DNA of 62,642 bases, counting the filler, from Stramenopiles sp. TOSAG23-2 (Eukaryota), in the NCBI GenBank assembly GCA_900128395.1. It is 11 parts of 11 records of this genome, joined end to end, with 100 filler letters (N's around TTAATTAATTAA, not from the genome) between each part and the next. Parts side by side here need not be neighbours in the genome. Positions count along the whole stretch, not along the records: positions 56,533 to 57,985 come from LT652871.1; positions 58,086 to 59,538 come from LT652872.1; positions 59,639 to 61,091 come from LT652873.1; positions 61,192 to 62,642 come from LT652874.1; 7 more parts are not named here. One strand, 5' to 3'. The notes beneath the pieces were generated by a model. That model was not told where the DNA came from and made no database searches. It worked only from the letters and a program-made list of their open reading frames with translations. How positions within the stretch are numbered: the stretch's first letter is position 1; each line of letters opens with the position of its first letter. Shown piece after piece: positions 56,433 through 62,642 of this stretch. Made by a program: the position numbers and the translations under genes.

Positions 56433-58085
56433 NNNNNNNNNNNNNNNNNNNNNNNNNNNNNNNNNNNNNNNNNNNNTTAATTAATTAANNNNNNNNNNNN
56501 NNNNNNNNNNNNNNNNNNNNNNNNNNNNNNNNTGGTATTCGACATGTTGTTGTTGTTTTATTTTTCACTGGACGTCGTTTTACACGTCTACGTTTCATAT
56601 TCTTAGTATTTTGTATATAAATGATAATAATAATAATAATAATGTTTAATTAAATTGTTTAATTCTCTTTCTTTATTTATTTCTGAAGGGTAAGAGAGAA
56701 CGGGGCTTGTAGTAATATATTAAAACTCTCTCTCTATATATATATATATATTGTAGTATATTTTATAAATGAATAAGTAAGATAAAGACTTGTTAATAAA
56801 TAATATAATGCATACATCAATATGTGATGTATATATCTTATATCTACAGTACCTGTGGTGTACATCTAAGAAGCGCTACTATTATTATCCTCTTCTTTTT
56901 TTTTTTTATTATTTCAAAAAACGCCGTGGAAAAGGCGAGGACCTTCTCTGGACTCTGGACACCTTAACCTACCAGAGAGGCATTTCCTGGTGGTCCAGGG
57001 TGGTAGGGTGGTCCAAATCTACGTTTTCCTAGCGAGGACCCCTGCCCAAATTTATGTTAAAAGTATAATTTGCTTGATCAGGAAATTTAAGGAGGAATTT
57101 AAGAGCTGAAATGAAAATTCCACCAAAATTTTGACAGCTTGGGAGAGATTTTGCACATTTCATTTCTTTATTTCATTTTCGATTTGTGCATTTCCTGGAT
57201 TTATAATTTGTGTCGAAGAAAACATGCTTTTTCGTCGATTACACACACATATTGAGTTAATTTTTAAAATATTGTAGTGTCTAAGTATAATTTTAGATAG
57301 GATATTTATTGATAGGTTATTAAAATTTGTAGTGTTCAAGTAAGTTCACAAGCCTATTGTCTGCTAAACCGCATCTACTGAATTTATAAATACAGTGTTA
57401 ACAACCACACATACCGTATCCCACTATATCAATACATCAATACATGTCCCGTTTCACCACTACAGGACAGCTATGCTACGCCTATATACCTAAATCAACT
57501 TATAGTGCTATACCCAAAATCTTCCACTAAAACACAAAAACTATCGGAAGATTTTACGACAACAAATCCAACGTTTCTATACTTCTTACAATACCGTCAC
57601 CATACTATGTAGACGGTTAACAAAATTCGGCCACCTTTTTGGAAGTTTTTTAAAAAAAATAAAAAAAAATAAAAAAAAATGGCCACCTTTTAAAAAATTT
57701 CTGAAAATCGTTTACGCCTACACAGCTACTCAGCGTCCGGAAATCCTACTTAAAAACATTTTGATAGGAAAAAAGACTAGTTACAGAAGTTAATTAATCT
57801 TTACCTACCCTTTGATGTGTACACAGTCCCCTTATAATAAAATAGATATATAACATAAAATAACACTATAAAAACTTGTACATATATAATATATTCTAAG
57901 ATAAACATTATTCCTTATTTTTTATATAATTTATTTCCTTTAATTTATTTCCTTTGAAACCCCTACACATCAGGGCAGGGAAGCTNNNNNNNNNNNNNNN
58001 NNNNNNNNNNNNNNNNNNNNNNNNNNNNNTTAATTAATTAANNNNNNNNNNNNNNNNNNNNNNNNNNNNNNNNNNNNNNNNNNNN

Positions 58086-58582
58086 TTTCACTTGTGGCTT
58101 TTCTTTTTAATGAGATTGTTTCATCTTTTTCAGTGTCGACATTTCTGACAATAACAATTTCATTGTTTGCAGCTGTCTTTAATTTTTCATTTTCTAATAT
58201 CACTTTTTTCATTTGTCCTTTTAAATGTTTAATTTCATTTTTTAAATCTTCATTTTCTTTGTACCCATTCTCATAAAGCCATTTCATGATATAAAACTTA
58301 TTATAACGACATGCTATCCACATTGGTGTTTGTCCCTTATTATCTGCTTTTGTAACATCATCTTTTGCACCATTCTTATAAAGCCATTTCATGATTCTCA
58401 TACAGCCATTTCATGGTATCTAAATGATTAGAACGACATGCTATTCGCATTGGTGTTTGTCCATATTTATCAGCCCTCGTAACATCATCTTTTGCACCAT
58501 TATTATATAATTGTTTTACCTTTGCTAAATCACCTTTACAACATGCATGCCAAAGAGGTGTCCGTCCATATTTATCAGCCAT
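58086..58582 (-). CDS. Ankyrin-repeat + coiled-coil protein, frameshifted near 58390, 3' partial
   Basis: GRTPLWHAC, GQTPMRIAC and GQTPMWIAC repeats in ORFs 58376-58594 and 58030-58401. The break is a 22-bp near-duplication of ATGAAATGGCT.TAT.AGAAT, consistent with a collapsed repeat. Confidence 0.78.
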
Positions 58583-59784
58583 TTCAATATTCACTTCTTG
58601 CCCTTATCAAATCACAACTATATATATAATATATATATATTTGTCTCATATACATCCATATACATACAATCTACATACGTACACATCTATCGAATGAATA
58701 TAACATTATCGATATGACTTATAATATGTGCATATATATCGCCATCCATCACACCACAACGGAAGAATATTCCAATAATAATTTATTAAAAAATTCTTTT
58801 TTTCGTCACCAAAAATCCAATTTACGGTTGCTGAAAGAAGTGTTTTTATAAAATGCATTACACAGCATTGCATTTTTTTTGGATTAGACGCATGATGTAA
58901 TTATATATCCACATACTGTAAAATAATTTAAGTTTATTACGCATAATTGTATTGTTTAATTTTATACTCTCATAATAATTCCTACTTCGTACTCTTCAAA
59001 AGGAATAATACACAATAATTTGAAATAATCTCATAATCGGCATAACACGTGCAACAGGGCCACCTTGTTCGCCACCTTGATGCATACGATGATATTATAA
59101 TAATGATTTACATTCGATTTGATATTTTGATGTTGACTTAGATTCAACTAAACTTGGAAATAATTTGCTATTTTCTGCTTTATCCGAGATTGAAATCTGT
59201 TTCGATGATTTTCCTGTCCTACCATCACCGGCATTTGTTCGCGAATAGAAGAGAAGTATTAGAGGAGATTTGAGTTTCCACATATATTGATATTTCATAT
59301 TTCAGTGTACAGTGTACTATCATAAATATATTTACGAGCACTAATTTTAAATTTTTAACAATTTTATAAACTCGCGAGAAGTTCGAAGTATGCATACCTC
59401 GTACCTGGCATTACGTTTCTACGTTCTACGTTCATATATATTTAATAATATACCGTGTTCCAATCCTCATTTTTTTCAATTTTCAATATGTCTAAATCCT
59501 CTCTAATCCTCCTCCTTCTTCTTTGCTTGCATTCGTGGNNNNNNNNNNNNNNNNNNNNNNNNNNNNNNNNNNNNNNNNNNNNTTAATTAATTAANNNNNN
59601 NNNNNNNNNNNNNNNNNNNNNNNNNNNNNNNNNNNNNNGTCAACTCAATTGTCTTTATTCGCTTAATTTATTGTGAGATTTCGTCTGGTGATAGTATTAG
59701 AGATTTTAATATTAGTCTATAAATTGTTTATTGTGCTATATTAAATATTATTACGAGGTTTATTTAACAGTATAATATATGCGT

Positions 59785-59865
59785 AATGCCAGGAATGCAG
59801 TAATAATCATCCTGGTAATGCCAGAATGCTGGAATGCTGGAATGCCAGGAATGCCAGGAATGCAC
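59785..59865. repeat. Short degenerate tandem array of (GG)AATGC(C/T)(A)GG units
   Basis: aatgccagg-aatgcag...aatgccag-aatgctgg-aatgctgg-aatgccagg-aatgccagg-aatgc. Confidence 0.7.
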
Positions 59866-60483
59866 TAATCCTACTTTAAACCTGTCCTCTCTGGCTGTAT
59901 TAATACTCTCTACACAAGGGGACGACGATTTTATGAGTGTAGGGACCGAGTAGTAGAGCTAATTGCTAGCTGGCTAGCTAGCTATAGCTCTACCATAAAC
60001 TTCTCAAAAAGTCTGTTGTTAGTAATAATGCTGTGTCAATATACTGTAAGATTATACCAGGTATTAATATTATTATGAGGCACCTGCAGAAAGATGAAAG
60101 TGGCGAACTCTGGGAACCTTTTTACACTGTCTGTGTGTGTGGTGGGCCGGTAAGCTGTGGCAAGATGGCAAGATAAAGAAGATTATTATTTTTTTTAAAT
60201 ACCTGGTAAGATTAAGATAATACGAGTAGACTAGCCTGGCTAGCTCCTAGACTAATAAAGTATAATAAAGAATTTGAATGATTAATTAATAATAATAAAA
60301 AAGTATTGTAAGTATGATTATACTACCTGGACTAATAATAGACTAATGTATATTGTAATAAAAGCTGATATAAAACAAACTTATCATGTCTATATTATAA
60401 TATTGATATATTTATAAGTTCAGATATATAGCATATAACCTTGAAATTACATTTGCAAAAAATAAGTTAAGATTCGACAAATC

Positions 60484-61091
60484 ATGGAGGTAGAGCTTAC
60501 TGAATCAAATCCTATGAAAAAAAGGAATACTAATGAAGAAGAAGATATAAATACTGATGAAGAACCGGAATTTGAAACAAATATTCAAACAATTACAGAG
60601 ACAATAAGCATAATATGTAATCATTATCCCCGTTTAAAAAAATGTACATATTATTGCGCCTTCGCCTGGATTGTCGCAATTGTAGTCATGATTATTTATT
60701 CGTTTAAGTATGTCTCAGAGTTGCAATATTGTATAAAGTATAATACAGTTACCAGAGCGATTGACGATACTTTATATAATAATGGCGAACCAGGAACGTA
60801 TTTCCTTGGAATAGACAACGATTTTATATGTTACCCAAAAACTAGGCAACGTCTAATATATACTAATTCATATGATGCGGAAGCAGAAGCAAGGGATAAG
60901 GACACCTTTGATCCTGCCGTTGGTAATTCAAAAAAGTATCCATCTCTAGAAGCAAGAACCAGAGAAGGCTTGCCTATGCGTATGGATGTTACTGTTGAGT
61001 ACAAATTTGATGGAAGTAAAATTACAGAGTTATTTAAACTGGTTGGACAAGATTCCCGTAAACCATTACAAATTGTTATATTTAGCGCATT
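60484..61091 (+). CDS. SPFH/Band 7 family membrane protein, 3' partial
   Basis: N-terminal TM, then EPGTYFLG..FI.YP and ARTREGLPMRMDVTVEYK (SPFH-type T.DG..V.VD....Y motif). Confidence 0.72.
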
Positions 61092-61191
61092 NNNNNNNNN
61101 NNNNNNNNNNNNNNNNNNNNNNNNNNNNNNNNNNNTTAATTAATTAANNNNNNNNNNNNNNNNNNNNNNNNNNNNNNNNNNNNNNNNNNNN

Positions 61192-62642
61192 TTTTATTAA
61201 ATACGCTTCAACTATGTCTTTCCGCGCACGTAACGCTGTAGCATAATGAAGAGGAATCATTTTAAATTGATCTTCCATTTCAAGCAAGGTTGGCCCTTCT
61301 TTACATTCATTTAAAATATACTTGACAGTATCTATTTGTCCATCAGCTTCAGCTAAATAATGCAAAATATTACGTTTCCATTTGCCTTCTTTCATAATCA
61401 TTGACTCTTCTGCTTCAATAAGTTTTTTCAGCACACTAACTGGCGCACCGTACTTCGCAGCTAAATGTATTGCATGGTCTGTATTATCGTCTTGTGCTGT
61501 AGCGTTTAATTTTTCCAATAATTTTCCGTCAATCTCATAAGATTCGATAAGTTCCTCCGCTTCCTTCCACAACCTGGCTCTTAAAGCCAATGTTAGAGTT
61601 TGCACTTTTTCAGCAACCATTTTGTACCATATTCTCTTAGCAAACACTAGATTTCCTCCTGCAGCTGCAATTTCAATTGGCAGTCGACCTAGCCCATCTT
61701 TTTCCACTACCATACTCCCCATTACAAACAAGATGGCATCAATGGACTCTGGGTCGAAAATGCCTTCTGACACCAAGTAATGCAATGCAGTACCATCAAT
61801 GGCAATATTCATATAGTGGATTTTCATGTTTGGAAACCCTTCAATTAATATTTCTCCAGAATCATCTTTTTCTGCTACTTTAATGTCACTGACTCTATCA
61901 TCATCGCCTAACTTTTCAAACCTAGTTGGTCTCAAACGAATATATTTAGTTGAATTTGGCTGCCATGGATCTTGTTCTTTATATTTTGTAAACAGTAAAC
62001 GATCGGATTCATCGATTACTATTCTGTCTTGTTTCTTGCTTGGAGCTGCATGCTTGACCATTTTCATGAATTTGCTTGGGTGTATCCGACGGATAACCAT
62101 ATTTGCCCCATCTCTTAACGTCAATTTATGATGGAAGAGGTGATATTTTTTTAAACAATCTGTTACTACCCCTTTTACACAGCTTTCATGCTTCATCGCT
62201 TCCAAAAGAGTTCGATAATCGTCATGTGGAGCATTGAACATCATATTTGTTTGACCAAAATTTATGCTGTACTCCCCATTTTCAGATGTAATTGCAGGAA
62301 ACAAACCGACGGTATATTCCATATTATCCACCACATCGTAAATCCATTTTCCATTGACGCTAACATGAAAGCTTTTATTAGTACCATCGAGATCAATAGC
62401 AATGCCAATTACGTCATGCATAGTCCATTGTAAATCATCCATTTCCTTGGTTTCGCCATTAAAAAAGCCTAATTGTTGTACACCATCAACACCCCAAGAA
62501 CCACGTAATTCTCCCACACCGCTAGAAGAGTAGCCACTGCTACTTTTAAATGTTTTATCTACCCATCCAATTTGGGCACAAGTACCCTGTCTTACTACGG
62601 TGCATTCATAATATATTTTGCCTGTCTTGAATAAAAATCCTC
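61192..62642 (-). CDS. SPRY-domain + ankyrin-repeat protein, partial at both ends
   Basis: Frame open to the window end: GKIYYECTV..AQIGW..GVGE...SWGVDG..DVIGIAID...VNG..LFPAIT..INFG (SPRY). Ankyrin repeats GTALHYL, GRLPIEIA, DHAIHLAA, NILHYL, MIPLHYA. Confidence 0.85.

Noticed and set aside
56533-57985. RNA gene or transposon in the ORF-less contig (GC-richer patch 56920-57050; GGCCACCTTTT twice near 57629 and 57681)
   Set aside because: No tRNA, rRNA or snRNA structure, TIR pair or transposase remnant could be supported by eye. Only a possible gene start (MKRRRVKRRP, minus strand, about 56598) runs off the contig.
58376-58415. Programmed frameshift in the ankyrin gene
   Set aside because: The junction is a 22-bp near-duplicate of the MKWLYxN repeat segment, best explained by repeat collapse or unequal recombination.
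7998-61191. Repeated TTAATTAATTAA palindromes inside N-runs as a biological repeat, and ORF ends reading ...XXXLIN
   Set aside because: These are identical 100-nt synthetic linkers with six-frame stops, added when contigs were concatenated.

Overview
This window is not one locus. It is 11 unrelated contigs (seven of about 8 kb, four of about 1.45 kb) joined by artificial 100-nt spacers (N44-TTAATTAATTAA-N44), so gene neighbourhoods only count within a contig. Most contigs are AT-rich, intron-poor eukaryotic DNA. The reversed OMPDC-OPRT UMP synthase and the CIPK-type kinase are consistent with a stramenopile (inference). Host-type genes recognised: G3BP-like RRM protein, UMP synthase, animal-type transglutaminase with an LNR module, S10 serine carboxypeptidase, Zn-finger/TSTD2 rhodanese, an N-terminally truncated MSH5, SLBP, CIPK, a NELF-A homologue, an MSS51-like protein, a glycoside hydrolase, LicD, and Sel1, ankyrin, SPFH and SPRY proteins. 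The stand-out is contig 48477-56432, a gene-dense Polinton-like-virus/virophage-type fragment. It carries an A32 packaging ATPase, an unusual AEP primase-polymerase fused to a UL9-like SF2 helicase, a fibre protein with a peptidase-S74 chaperone, and AT-rich hairpins at gene 3' ends. Two other oddities are a GC-rich island with a 989-aa orphan showing degenerate tyrosine-recombinase/topoisomerase-IB-like motifs (18116-21085) and a 2269-aa ubiquitin-like + multi-TM + dynamin-like GTPase protein (41269-48078). Many 59-172 bp tandem duplications, several frameshifting, are probably assembly artefacts. All family calls come from motif recognition by eye; no database searches were run.
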